Part shown: in pieces, positions 1 to 12,255 of the stretch
Position numbering within the stretch: the first letter of the stretch is position 1
Layout: each line of letters begins with the position of its first letter
Assembly (NCBI GenBank): GCA_030265395.1
Contig: JARFYF010000002.1
Span: forward strand, 70,853,744-70,917,743
Direction: 5' to 3'
Length of the DNA stretch: 64,000 nt
Source of the DNA: Rhina ancylostomus
Lineage: Eukaryota
The notes under the pieces: generated by a model
Told to the model about the DNA's origin: nothing
Seen by the model: the letters and a program-made list of their open reading frames with translations, nothing else
The model's database searches: none
Made by a program: the position numbers and the translations under genes

Positions 1-487
1 TGCTCTGCCCAGGACCGTAAGAAACTGCAGAAAGTTGTGGATGCAGCCGAGCACACCATGGAAACCAGCCTCCCCTCCCTGGACTCTGTCTATACCTCTC
101 ACTGCCTTGGTGAAGCAGCCAGCATAATCAAAGACCCAACCCAGTTGGGTCATTCTCTCTTCTCCCCTCTCTCATCAGGCAGAAGATACAAGAGCCTGAG
201 GGCATGTACCACCAGGCTCAAGGACAACTGCTTTACCACTGTTATAAGACTATTGAACGGTTCTCTTGTATGATGAGACGGACTCTTAACCTCACAATCT
301 AACTTGTGACCTTGCAGCTTATTGTCTACCTGCATTGCACTTCCTCTGCAGCTGTGACACTTTACTCTGCATTCTGTTACTGTTTTACTCCCTTGATGCA
401 CTGTGTAATGAATTGATCCGTACGAACGGTATGCAAGGCAAGTTCTTCACTGTACCTTGGTATAAGTGACAATAATATACCAATACA
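1..487 (+). mobile_element. Rex1/Babar-type LINE 3' end (post-RT C-terminal region plus 3'UTR)
   Basis: Encodes CSAQDRKKLQKVVDAAEHTMETSLPSLDSVY...SIIKDPT..HSLFSPLSSGRRYKSLR..TTRLKD. The tail reads tcactgtaccttggt..gtgacaataa followed by a ccaata-type repeat. Near-identical to 47830-48310. Confidence 0.85.
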
Positions 488-1376
488 AGGATTAAACAAG
501 GCTGAAGGAGCAGTTTTGGTTAAGGAAATAATTACAGCTGTAGAAGGACGTTATGCTTGACTGATCAACTAATGAGAGTTACCATGTAATTTAAATGAAA
601 ACAAAAACAGAGAAAGTAAATTATTGAGGGTGTACCACAGGCCCATGAAGAGTCAGATGGAAGTAAAAACAGTTCTGTCAGCAAATCTTTGTGAAGTGCA
701 AAAATTGAGGGATTTCAGAAAACCATCTGAGACAGAAATAGTTTAAAATTTAGAGGTTGCAGATATCTTAAAAGCCATTTTGACTAGCACATGGCAAGCT
801 CATCAGGAGAAGGACCACTTCTGAGCAGTTGTAGAAAATGAAACTTGAAATAGTCAGAGGTGCATCTCGATGTTAGTGATTGTAATTAAGTGAATCTATC
901 ATGTTTATCAATGGATAAAGGTGGACCAAGAGAGAAATTTTCAATGAAGGTAAGGGCCAATTTTTCTAGTCTGAGATGCAATTTAGCAGACGTGGACTGG
1001 AAGCACCTCTTTGAAGGTAAATTAGTGGGAGTAAGGATTCAGATTAAGAGGGTTCCCATTGGAGGATGGGACTCCAATTCTAGACTACTGCTCCACTGCA
1101 CTTGGAAAAGCATACTGTATATTGTAGGATAATGGAAAATAAAAAGAACCCATGTCTGATACCCAGAACTCAATACTGGATAAAACCTAGGGGAATGTAG
1201 AAAGTGCAGGGTTGAAATTCAGAAAGAAAATATACTAGACCTTAATGTAGGGAGCATGATGAGGGAGTTTGAAGATCTTGCATATAGTATATGGGGTACA
1301 TCTGTGGGCAGAAGGCTGCAGGATAAGATCAATGGACAGGGTAGAAAGTGGCAACTGAAATGTTGTCTGGAGAGGT

Positions 1377-1428
1377 GTGAGTTAGTGCATATAATAAAAG
1401 TTGTGAGTTCGTGCATATAATAAAAGTT
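1377..1428. repeat. 26-bp tandem duplication (gtgagtt[a/c]gtgcatataataaaagtt x2)
   Basis: Two adjacent copies with one mismatch, read directly. Confidence 0.9.
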
Positions 1429-1506
1429 AGGATTCTGAAAAATGTGGAGGATCCTTGGAGTGCATGTCCACAGATCCCTGAAAGTGACAGTTGATAATGT
1501 GATACT

Positions 1507-1754
1507 TGTAGCAGCTAGCTACACTGAATAAAGACACGAGACACTTATTTGAAGTCCAAGAGTCGAATGAACGACTGGGGTGCGCTGCCCCTTTAATAAA
1601 CAGTTCCCACGCTGACGTCACGTGCAGGTCACGTGACCTTCCCGCACATGGGCTCCACTAGCCCAACGAAGGAGGAGTGCCCCGCGCCATCTTGTGTCAG
1701 GGCCTCCGACACTCGCGATCGTGGGAGCCGGTTTGTGAACGGTAAGTCGCCACA
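1507..1754 (-). mobile_element. Solo LTR, 248 bp (Gypsy/BEL-type; orientation tentative)
   Basis: Starts TGTAGC and ends GCCACA (TG...CA with a short imperfect inverted repeat). Flanked by a perfect 5-bp TSD ATACT (1502-1506 and 1755-1759). CpG-rich, unlike its surroundings. Confidence 0.88.
1613..1694. promoter_or_regulatory. TF motif cluster inside the LTR: CRE TGACGTCA (1613-1620) overlapping E-box CACGTG, palindrome AGGTCACGTGACCT (1626-1639, USF/CLEAR-type) and YY1-like CGCCATCTTG (1685-1694)
   Basis: Exact consensus matches read from the sequence. Activity is untested. Confidence 0.5.
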
Positions 1755-1899
1755 ATACTTTATTAGCTGAGGCGTAGCGAATAGGAACAGGGAAGCCACA
1801 CCAGGACTATAAAGTCCTAGTTAGGCCACAGTATTGTGTGCAATAATGGTCACCACATTACTGAAAGAACTAGGGAGAACCATGGCCAGATTGACTATG

Positions 1900-2109
1900 G
1901 AGACACATGTGCTGGAATCTGGAGCAAAAAACAAATTGCTGGAGGAACTCAGTGGATTGAGCAGCGTCTGTGGGGTGGTGGTGGGGAAGGAATAGCCGAC
2001 ATTTCTGGTCCTAATGCAGGGTCTCAACCTGAAACATTGACAATTCCTTTCCTCCCACAGATGCAGCTTGACCTGCTGAGTTGTTCCTCCAGTTTGTTTC
2101 TTGCACAAG
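1900..2109. mobile_element. Palindromic Penelope-derived mini-element with a degenerate hammerhead core
   Basis: Left arm caaattgctggaggaactcag..gcagcgtctgtggg is inverted in the right arm cccacagatgcagc..ctgagttgttcctccagtttg. The centre has CTAATGC-agggtctcaacct-GAAA (2011-2034). Confidence 0.75.
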
Positions 2110-5100
2110 ATTTAGTTTGATATTCCCAGGATTGGAGAAGTTTAGGATCTTTGGAACAGAAGAGACTCTGGTGATTTAGTTGAGATGTATAAAATTATCA
2201 GAAAAACAAACAGGTTGGATTGAAAAGATCTATTTCTATTAACAAAGAGGATGTGGATGGTAACTCGGGAGTGTACATTCACATTATCAGGCAGCACAAT
2301 TAGAGGGGTGTTGAGGAAATGTATTTTTCCCCCAAGAGTGGTGAGTGTCTGGAGCTTTTGCCTAATTGGAGTGTTGAGGCTGAAATCCCTACCATTTTTA
2401 ACAAGTACCAGGGTGAATATTTGGAGCAAAGTGAACTACTTTGAACTCAGGCTGTAGACTGAGAGCTGATAAGTGGGATTGTGCTGAATAATGCTTCCTC
2501 AGCCAGCAGGGGCCAATGATGTGGTGTGCTATAAATTTCTATGATTCCATGGATTTGAAAGGCTGAAATGGCCTATTGTTGTTTCTGTAGTGTTTCTCTT
2601 TCATGTTAAAAGAATTGAATACAGCGGTCACATTTTGTAGCATTTTCTGTTGTGAAAACAAGGCCCTCTTTTTCTCTCTCGGGGATGTAAGTGGTCTTGT
2701 GGCACTATTCAAAGGAGAAAAGGAGGACATCCCAGCTGGTGATTACCCCTCAACCAACATCATCATCGTATTGCAGTTTTGTTGGCAAATGCTAATGGAG
2801 GCAAACTGGTTGCTGTCCCTATTCGCTATTTCGGGGTCTTCAGAAGTTGGTGTGCTACATTAATGTTCTTTGGGGTGACTTGCACTTGTGAAAGTTACCA
2901 TGTAAATACTAATCTAAGTTCANNNNNNNNNNNNNNNNNNNNNNNNNNNNNNNNNNNNNNNNNNNNNNNNNNNNNNNNNNNNNNNNNNNNNNNNNNNNNN
3001 NNNNNNNNNNNNNNNNNNNNNNACACTAACACCAAAAAAGGAGTGCTGGATGTTAGTGTGAATTGGTGTGCATACTTAATTTTCTTTCCCTCTTGCACTA
3101 AAATGCAGTTGCACGTTGAATCAATGGTAGCTGGTTCAACAGTAATTTAGTAGTTGTGGAATTATTTTCTTCATAAATAATGCATGAGAGGAAGATTCCA
3201 TGCCACGAAACTAAAATGTGTTGCTTGTCAAACATTAACATATTTGTGCTTTGGTACTGTTTTGAATTTCTGTAAAGTATCTACTTAGGAAATAATGAAT
3301 ATGATGGCATGTGCATGGGGGAAGTGTGAGGGGGTTGATCACGGCCATTGATTATAATACAAACCACTTACCATAGCTACCTTCACATAAGTATGCTGTT
3401 GGAAATTGCAGGGTTTAACAATGATCCTTGCAGATGCAAATGAAGTCAACATAATCCTGAGAATTTTCCCATTGGCGTGATAGCAGCTCACCTGAACATT
3501 TAACTAAAAGGCTACTTTAATATCAGAGGAAGTATGGAACAACGTGTACTGAACTTTATGTGGAAATTAGTGTTTTGTGATCAACTCTATGATCAACTTT
3601 TATCAGAATTTTTTTAGAATTGTGATATTCTCTTCTTTGTGCATTAAGATAAACTGTTGTATCGTATCCTTATTGAATTTTGTGACCCTAATAATGTTAA
3701 TAAAAACTGTTAATGCCAAAAATGCATGTAACTGAATGAGTTGTGCATGTATAAAGTTAAAATTGGAACAAGAAAAATTCCTGAGGTGTCATTGAAAGGT
3801 GCAGGATTTTGTTGCAGTCATAGATTTAAAGCTATACTTTTCAAACTCCTGAAGTGCATCAGCTGATGGAATTACAATCCTACTGTGTCACATTGCAAAC
3901 ACATCCTCCGAAAACTTCGAGCCACATTTTCCTCCCCTCATCTTCCTACAATTTGACTTAAAATAATATAACTACCTGAAGTAAAATTCCTGCGTAAATT
4001 TGTAATGTCAAAATCAAATAGTCAAACTTTCTCTTGTCCCTATACAGAATTAATTGCAGGGAGAAAATAAAATGCTAAATGTGACCTATTAATATGCTCA
4101 CATTCTGGAAAGAAACCAGCTGATTTGAAAGTTGAAGCAGGATTGATATTTCAGTTTTACATTAATCTATTTGAGAGTCACTATAGCTGAATGTTACTTG
4201 AACAGCTTTGTATATTCAGTCTTTTTATAAGTAAATACGTTATTGCTATCTGATCCTAAAACTTGCACAAATCATTATCTGAGANNNNNNNNNNNNNNNN
4301 NNNNNNNNNNNNNNNNNNNNNNNNNNNTGTGTTTGCTGTATTTCCCGCGTAGATATGAATACAAATAAACAAAAAAAAGCAAACGTGAAAGTGTTTCTAT
4401 TCTTTGGTTTTGATCATGTGCAGAGGCATTTTGTCACAAGCATCTTAAAGCCTACTGTATTTTCCCTTTGACATCTGATTTTTAGAACTTTTCTCCTATT
4501 TTTATTTTGATGAGGAACCTTTTTACCTCATTAATGTTTTTCTTTTGTTGCTGCATCCCAATTAAGTTTTACTATTTTCTCACTTCCTGAGTTCTCACTA
4601 TGCTGGATCCCATCATAAATGGCATGCCCTGCAATAATGTATTAACAGATTTTCCAACCCAGTTTAATATATGATCTTAAAATCTCAAAGTCTGTTCTAA
4701 TAGCTTTCATCAAAATTACAAATGATGTGGTAATCCATGACTGTATTGGTTACAGGGCTACAGTGAAATAGAGAATTCACTTTGGGTTAGATGCATTAGA
4801 AGTGTGTGAGTAATGTTGGATGGAACCAAGATATAGAAATCAAATAATGTCATTTAACTTGGAAAGACAATACTTGATGTATAGGTACATTAATGAAGAT
4901 CTAAAACTAAGGTTCCTGGATAATTTGTTAGTATAAGACTATGCACTAAATATCATTGCTGAAATATAGTTATCAAAAATGTAGGAATGATGATGGGAAA
5001 GGGAATCCATGCATGAAAAGTTGGAGGAGATTGCTGTGGTAGAAAGGAATAGGGCAGGATTTTAAGTATGAAGCTTCTGATATGGGATCTAACTGTCAAT

Positions 5101-6369
5101 TCTAATTATTTAGAACTGCATCTTAAGTAATAAAAAGAATAATAAGAAAGTGGTGGGATCACTCAGTGGGTCATGCAGCATCTTTGGAAGGAGTAAGAAT
5201 TGACATTTTGGGACAGTGATCTTTCAAAATAAAGATATTACTGAGACAGTTTATAAACAAAAATAGAACAAAGAAAATATGGAGGCAGGAAAAAAACACA
5301 AGGGTGACATTTGTGAAAGGTTAGTGGGCAGGAGTAATCAAGTGACTAAAGGAATTACCATGCACAGCAGAAAGTGGAAACTGACAAAAGATGGGGACAG
5401 CAAAGATATAAATGATGACATCAAATACTGCTTCAAATGAGATTTGGAGAAAGTATCAATGGTGGAATTCAATTGTTCTGTTGCAGAATTGCATTTAAAT
5501 TAATTTGTCTTTTGAAATAACGCTAAATTTCAATCTCTGCTCCATCAACTGCAATCTTGTATGTATGTTTTGTATTTTATTGTAAGTTTTTATTGCATGT
5601 TGATCAAATTCTCTCAGGAGACTTAGTTTTGTGCTGTCATCTATGGAATGCAGCAGGTCAACGACATTCTCATTCCACACTTAAGCTGGTGTACACTCCA
5701 GAGTACTGTACCATGTTTCACTCTCCCTGACTCAGAGTGGTATGATTTTAAATGCGAGAAGTACCTGATATCGTTAGGGATTGTATTTGCCTGTAAAGGC
5801 AAGAGTTGTCACTGCAAAATGTTTGGTTTAATCTTTACCTTCTTGCACGTTTCATGACCTCTTAAAAAGCGAGAAAAATTATACTTTTTGTATTGAAATA
5901 GCAAAACTAAAACAAGAAATTGAAGGGATACACTGAGTGTTTATACTTGTTTACGCTTATGTTTACACTTTTTTAATGTTCAGAATTTTGGTATGATGCA
6001 TAACTAAGGAAGACTGCTGGGAATGTAAGAATTCAATCAAAACTGCATAGCTTCTGAATTCAGGGACTGTAAAATTAAGCCAGATCTAGACAGGAACTGC
6101 GGCCTTTTTGCTCTTGGGAGGGCTTTTGTGGTTGAACAATTAATTATTTCCTATGTGGGGGGGGTCTGAATTATACTCTGCTTGAATAAAGAGGGGTGGA
6201 ATTATCCACCATTTGATGCATTACAAAATCTAATGTGTAGTTTATTGGCCAAACTTGTCTATTCTCTAGAATGGTCAGTTTATATATTGTTTAGATCTAG
6301 TAAATAGCCAAAAATTGCAGGCTGTGAGTGCAGCTAATGTTTGAGTCCCCACCCTCAAGAAAGTTTAAT

Positions 6370-6800
6370 GCTGTTATACCCTGTGAAGACTTACCTGAGC
6401 AGCAACTTTCACTTACAAATCTCCTGCAATATGGTTAAGATGTTCAGAGGGTCTTCCCAGCAGAGCTATCAAAACAAAAGGACTCAAAGTCACATGAGCG
6501 ATATTGGTACAGGTTTTAAGGGGAGTTGCAAAAGAGGAAAGGTAGAGAGGTTTTGGGAGGGAATTTCAGAGCTCAGGCCTTGTCAGCCAAGAGCAGGGTC
6601 ACCAACACGTGAGAGATAAAATTCAGGGTTTGCGGGAGTCCAGAACTGAAGGAAGCAGTTTTCTCAAGTAGTTATTGTCTGGAGATTATGGATAACTGAA
6701 AACGGGGAATGGGGGTAATGTTGGCGATTGCCACAGTTGAAATTAAAAATGGAGGAATACTGAACTGGAAGCCACTGAAGATCGGCAAGCTGAGGGCACT
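6370..6800 (-). mobile_element. Degraded L2-like LINE 3' fragment
   Basis: gagaggttttgggagggaatttcagagctcaggcc resembles an antisense L2 3' end. Highly diverged. Confidence 0.45.
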
Positions 6801-7724
6801 TGTTTCACTGCTGACCACAAAGACCCATCCCATGTAATCTGGGCACGTTTTCCCTAAAAAAAACAATGAATGGCAAGGGGTAAATAGGATTGCTGTGTTT
6901 ATGATTTGCAAAGTAATATAGGCTATGATTTAGCTATTACATCTCACTGGAACAGCACATCTGAAGGATGCAACCTGAGTTTGAAGCAAAGTAAATTCAA
7001 AACTAATTGACACAATGGTCTGAATTTTAATCTGCAGGATTGTGCAGGTTTGGGAGTAGGTGGAGGGTTGGGGGGGGTGGGAATACGAGGGGTGGTGGGG
7101 GTGTGGTAATGGTGATGGTTTACCCAGCATAATTGTCAGTGTGTCAGATAGCCAAGTCCACCCCTCAACATCTCAGTGGAGCAGGTTTGATCACAGGCAG
7201 GCATCCTCTGTGGGAAAGGCATTTTGTCAATGACCATTTATTATCACTCAGAGCAATATCTCATCCAACTTTTCAGTTTGTTTTCTGGTTTCCTGAATAG
7301 TGCAGTGAATAGGAGGCATGAAGCATGAAATAGGGTTTATAGCCAGAGACAGTTTCTGTGCTATATCTCAACACATGTGCCTCAGAAGGCTCAGGCTGTT
7401 AATTCATATGATGCTAGACAACCTGTTGAATGCAGATGGACAAATATTACCAGTGGCCGTCAAAGTCATCATTGACTCAACATTCTGGTCTCCAGATTTT
7501 TCCAAGGTTCTGTTGGTGATGTATCCAGAATCTCTCAATTTATTGTCTCCTCATGCATGAAACAGAGTTGTTTACTAGGGTCAGCAATTGAATCAGCTTT
7601 GTTTCTGGTGGCAGTCAAAAAATGTAGCAACTCCACTGTGTACAGTCAACTGAAATCCAGACTCTCCCAGAAGCAGAGTTACCATGTGCGGCTGGTGTCC
7701 AACACCAAAATCAAATGTTTATCG

Positions 7725-8250
7725 AGACTCAAGAAAGACTGCAGATGCTGGATATCTGGAGCAACATTCAAACTGCTGGAGGAACTCAGCGGGTCAGGCA
7801 GCATCTGTGGAGAGAAATAGATAGTCACCGTTTTGGGTCGAGAACCTTCATCAGGACTGGAAAGAAAGTGGGGAGAAGCCAGAATAAAAGTGTAGGGGGA
7901 GGGAGTGGATCAAGAGCTGGNNNNNNNNNNGGGCGCGCGTGGGCATGATGCAAGAAGCGGGAAGGTGATAGGTGGAAGTGACAAAGTGATGAAGAAGACG
8001 GAATCTGATTAGAGAGGGCAGTGAACCATGGAAGAAAGGGAAGGGAGTGAGGAGGGCAACTGGTGGGAGGGGTGTTGGGGATGGGCAGATTGAGAGGGTG
8101 AGGAGGAAAAGAGAAAGGTTGATGTAGGATGAACAGTAGGATAAGCGAAAACAAAGTGGGGACAGAGGGGAGTGGTTACGGGAAGTTGGAGAAATCGACA
8201 TTCATGCCATCAGGTTGGAGGCTCCCAAGGCAGAATATGAGATGCTGTTC
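7725..8250 (-). mobile_element. Penelope-like element 3' end (end of GIY-YIG region, 3'UTR and hammerhead motif)
   Basis: The minus strand encodes QHLIFCLGSLQPDGMNVDFSNF. The motif cagtc-CTGATGA-aggttctcgaccc-AAAA lies at 7823-7859, followed by the shared acagatgctgcctgacccgctgagttcctccagca tail. Confidence 0.8.
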
Positions 8251-11200
8251 CTTGTTAAAGGAACTGTCAGGTGCTGTCAAATGTTTATGGAGTTGTGTAC
8301 AAAATTACTGGGCAGTTGTATTGATGTATGAAGGGATGATAGAAAGAGGGCAAGGCATCGCATTTGAATGTAATGGTTCTTCGATTATAATATTATCTTT
8401 GTAAGTCTTTATTTAGCTCATTAATGTTCTTGACCCAATATCTATTGTTGGGTGCTGGGTAGAGAGAAGCTTCCTATCTTGTTTAGCCTTAGAGTCGTAT
8501 AGAACAGAAATAGGCCTTTCAGTCTACCAAGTCCATGCCAACCATCAAGCACCCATCTATTACTGATTGTTATTTACCAGCACTTGGCCTTCTATGCCTT
8601 GGGTGTTCAAGTTCTCATCTGGATACCACCCACTCCATTTCTATCCACTATGCTTTCTGCTTAACTGCTTTCTGACCCACTCCATCTTGGACACACCATC
8701 CCCAGCCTCTCAGTACATTCCCTTTCTCTGCCCTCCACTTCGCCTCCCCCCCCCCAAACTCTCCCTGTATGGCTGTGTCCTTTGAACCTGCTCCACCCGC
8801 CCCTCCTCAACCCCACGTGATCCTTTCTCTGAATACCTTCTCGGTGGTTTTCTTTGATTTACTTCCCTGTAATCTCTGCAATACAGAGTGATTAAGGAGG
8901 AAGGGCCCATTCTATTGCACATAACATCTTGCGGATTGTGTGTGCTGGAGTATTGTTGGTTCATCAGTAGATCAGCTGAAGTATGACCCATAATTTGGAT
9001 GTCTTTGATCTATATAAATGCAAGCTGTGGATTATATTTGTGTAACTAAGGCTTGGGCTTATTTTTTTGCAGGAAGGGTGTTGAGACAATGTACAGAATA
9101 CAATGGAAATTCATCATAGGTCTGCTTGATATAAAGAATCACAAACACATGGTTCTTTTTTCTTTAGCAGAATTTTTCCACTTAATTAAGTAGGAATCGA
9201 TATAAGATGACCCAAAAAAAGGTTAGTTAGGTAAGGGAAAGAGACAAGGGGTGAAGGGACTACAATGACTTGTGGAGGATAAATACCAGTATGTACTGGA
9301 TGGGCCACTTGTTATAAGTTCATTATAACCATTATATTTCTACTTGTCTGAAAGCAGATTAAAGTTTCACACTGTTCATAATCCTGAACTATGACGTTGG
9401 TGTTTGTTAGTTGCCCCAAAGAATAAACCTTATTGGTGGATGACTTTTTGTCATCTGATTACTTGAGCTTCTGATAGGTTTAATGGCCGCACCGTATATA
9501 ATTATTTGAAATACAGTTAGACTCTTTATGTGGTAAGCTGACAATATAAGTTAAATTCTTCATTCATCAAAGCTCTCCTCATTATCCCAAAGGTTCGACT
9601 ATCCCTGTGCAGAGTAATGAAGCTGCAAATCAAATTCCCAGCAAGGGCAATTAATTCTCTTGATGATTCTTTTTTTTCTTAAAATATCAGGATAATTATT
9701 TGGTTGGCTGCCCAGTGAATACAGATGAATGATCAGATTCTGGAATGTTGATGGATTACTATGATTCCTGTGCTGCAGGCACTAATTGGCCAGCTAATTA
9801 AGAAATGTCACCTGTGGTTAACCGATGAAAGTATTAATAAATGATAGCTTGATATTTTGGCTTTTTTTTTCCTGGATTTACCTTGAAGAAATTTTGTGAT
9901 ATATTTTTGTATGGTTTAACCAGTGGGGCTGAATCAAATTTCTTGGACTCCACCCTACTTGCTTAACTTCCTTCAGGAAGATGGTCAGCAAGAGAAAGGG
10001 GCTTGATGGGCTGAATAGCCCCTTCTTCCCTGCAACATTTTCTTATATTGGTATTTCTTGTGCAGCCGTGGAGGAACAGTTCCTTTGAATGATTAAACAA
10101 TGCATCAAAGCAATGGATCAGCAAGTGGGCTTCGTGGTGTGCACCTTTGCCAGTTATTGGAAGGACGTTATTCAATAGTGGAATAAGAGGTAATGCTTCT
10201 CTTAAGTCTTTTTTTTAAATGTTGACTGCAAGCAGCAATTCTCTTCATTCAATGTAATCCACTTTAAATTCTAACGGTCTTTGCAGTGCGACAATATGGT
10301 GACTTGCTAAGTTGAAATCCTTTGCAGTCTTGGCCTGCTTTGTAGTTTGCCCAGTATAAGTGTGTTTGATCAGGAAGTGTATGTAGAACTGACAAGGTTC
10401 TAACAATGAAACTTTCAAAGTATTCAAGATCCCTCAGATTTTCAATTTGTTTCATATGTATATTTTATTTTCTATAGAAGACCAAATTGCATAAAAGTGT
10501 AAAGCTGATGACTTCACTTCTACTTTGGCTTTATAATTCTGAAAATAGCTTTTGGTTATTGTGGAGAAGAAAGATGAAACTTTGATATTGAAATCATATC
10601 TGCGGTTTTTGGGACTCACAAAAGGGTAGGTAATTTTAGACCTGATCCCCATATTAAGCAAGGTTGGATTGTGCAGAACAGCTGTCTGAAAATTAACATG
10701 CTGTTGAACAGCTGGCAAAAAAAAGTATTTCTAAACTGAGGATGCTGGTGGGGTGTGAGATGTATGTTGTTACTGAACTGGGAATGTAATGGCTTAATCT
10801 CAACATTTGGTGACCTCTAATTCCAGGCTAAGGAACAGAAGGATATAAAAGGAAAGAATGTTGCCTGGAAATTGTCAGTAGTACTTAGCACATATAGCAA
10901 CATCAGCACATTGTATACTACCTCTGAAATTCATTGAATGAAGTTAATGGAATGGAATTTGGAAACAGAGTACAGTATTCTTACTTTACTATACACAGTG
11001 TTTACCACTACCAACCAGGAACGTATTTTGAGGCACATATACTTAGTTAATTTTGTGTTGGAAAGTGTTTTATAGCCAAAAGATTACTTTTGACGTTAGA
11101 ACAAAAGTTGCTGACGCTGATAATCCAGAACAAAAACAGAAATGCTTAGATCATTCAACAGTTCTGGCAGCATCAGTGACAAACAGTCACTGTTGAGTGG

Positions 11201-11756
11201 CTATCATACTCCTCAGGGTCCTATCTTGAAAGATGACTGAGTAGGAAATCAATTTTTTAATCCTATTTTTCCAGGGGGACATTATAATGCAATCTGCCTT
11301 TCAGCATTGTAATAAGGAAATTCAATTCATTTTAACTATGAAAATATTTTGGAATGAAAGGAGTGCCACTATCTCTCAGTCAATTTTCTTTTGTTCAGGT
11401 CTGAAAATGCTAAATATTCTCAAAATGAAATAGAGTTTTAAAAAATAATTTGGTTGCCAGATTAAATTAGGAATTAAAAGATTGCTTTTTGGAATACTCT
11501 TAGAAAATTATTTTCTTATACATGGTGCCCATTAAATTGAATGAAATGCTAACAGCTTTTTTGCAAGTTTATCTCAACATATTTCGGTCTCTCTGAAACA
11601 CTGAATGGTTGGTGTCAGATTTATTTTTGATAATCTCTAGTACTGAGTCCAAATTTGACTGAAACTGAAAACAGAAAATGGTAGAAATATCTGCAGAACC
11701 TAACAACACTTGAACTGTTTTGGATAGGAACCAGTGTTATGATTATATTATATTTC

Positions 11757-12255
11757 AGTGGTGTTGAGGATAATGTGGAGGGCTGTCGAAGCTTAGAGGG
11801 ATATTGATAGGATACAGAGCTGGGCTGAGAAGTGGAAGATGGAGTTCAATATGGAGAAGTGAGGTGGTACACTTTGGGGGACAAACTCCANNNNNNNNNN
11901 NNNNNNNNNNNNNNNNNNNNNNNNNNNNNNNNNNNNNNNNNNNNNNNNNNNNNNNNNNNNNNNNNNNNNNNNNNNNNNNNNNNNNNNNNNGAATTTAGGT
12001 AGTGGGTGGGAAGTTCAAGGGAGATATCAGAGGGAGGTTTTTCACCTAGAGAGTGGTTGGTGCATGGAATGCGCTGCCTGGGGCGGTGGTGGAGGCTGAT
12101 ATGTTAGTCAAGTTCAAGAGATTGTTAGATAAGCATATGGAGGAATTTAAAATAGGGGGATATGTGTGAGGAAGAGGTTAGGTAGTCTTAGGCAAGGTTT
12201 AAAGGTTGGCACAACATGTGTGGGCTGAAGGGCCTGTATTGTGCTATATTGTTCA
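11757..12255 (+). mobile_element. CR1-clade (HER1-like) LINE 3' fragment
   Basis: Contains gctgggctgagaagtgg..atggagttcaat..gaagtgaggtggtacactttgg and FFT.RVVGAWNALP, and ends with the tail gggctgaagggcctgtattgtgct. Confidence 0.85.

Larger units (their letters stand above)
488..2520 (+). mobile_element. Degraded CR1-clade LINE, interrupted by the solo LTR (1507-1754) and a Penelope palindrome (1900-2109)
   Basis: CR1-like pieces include LADVDWKHLFEG, gatccttggagtgcatgtccacagatccctgaaagtg and FFP.RVVSVW. CR1-like sequence continues across both insertions. Confidence 0.7.
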
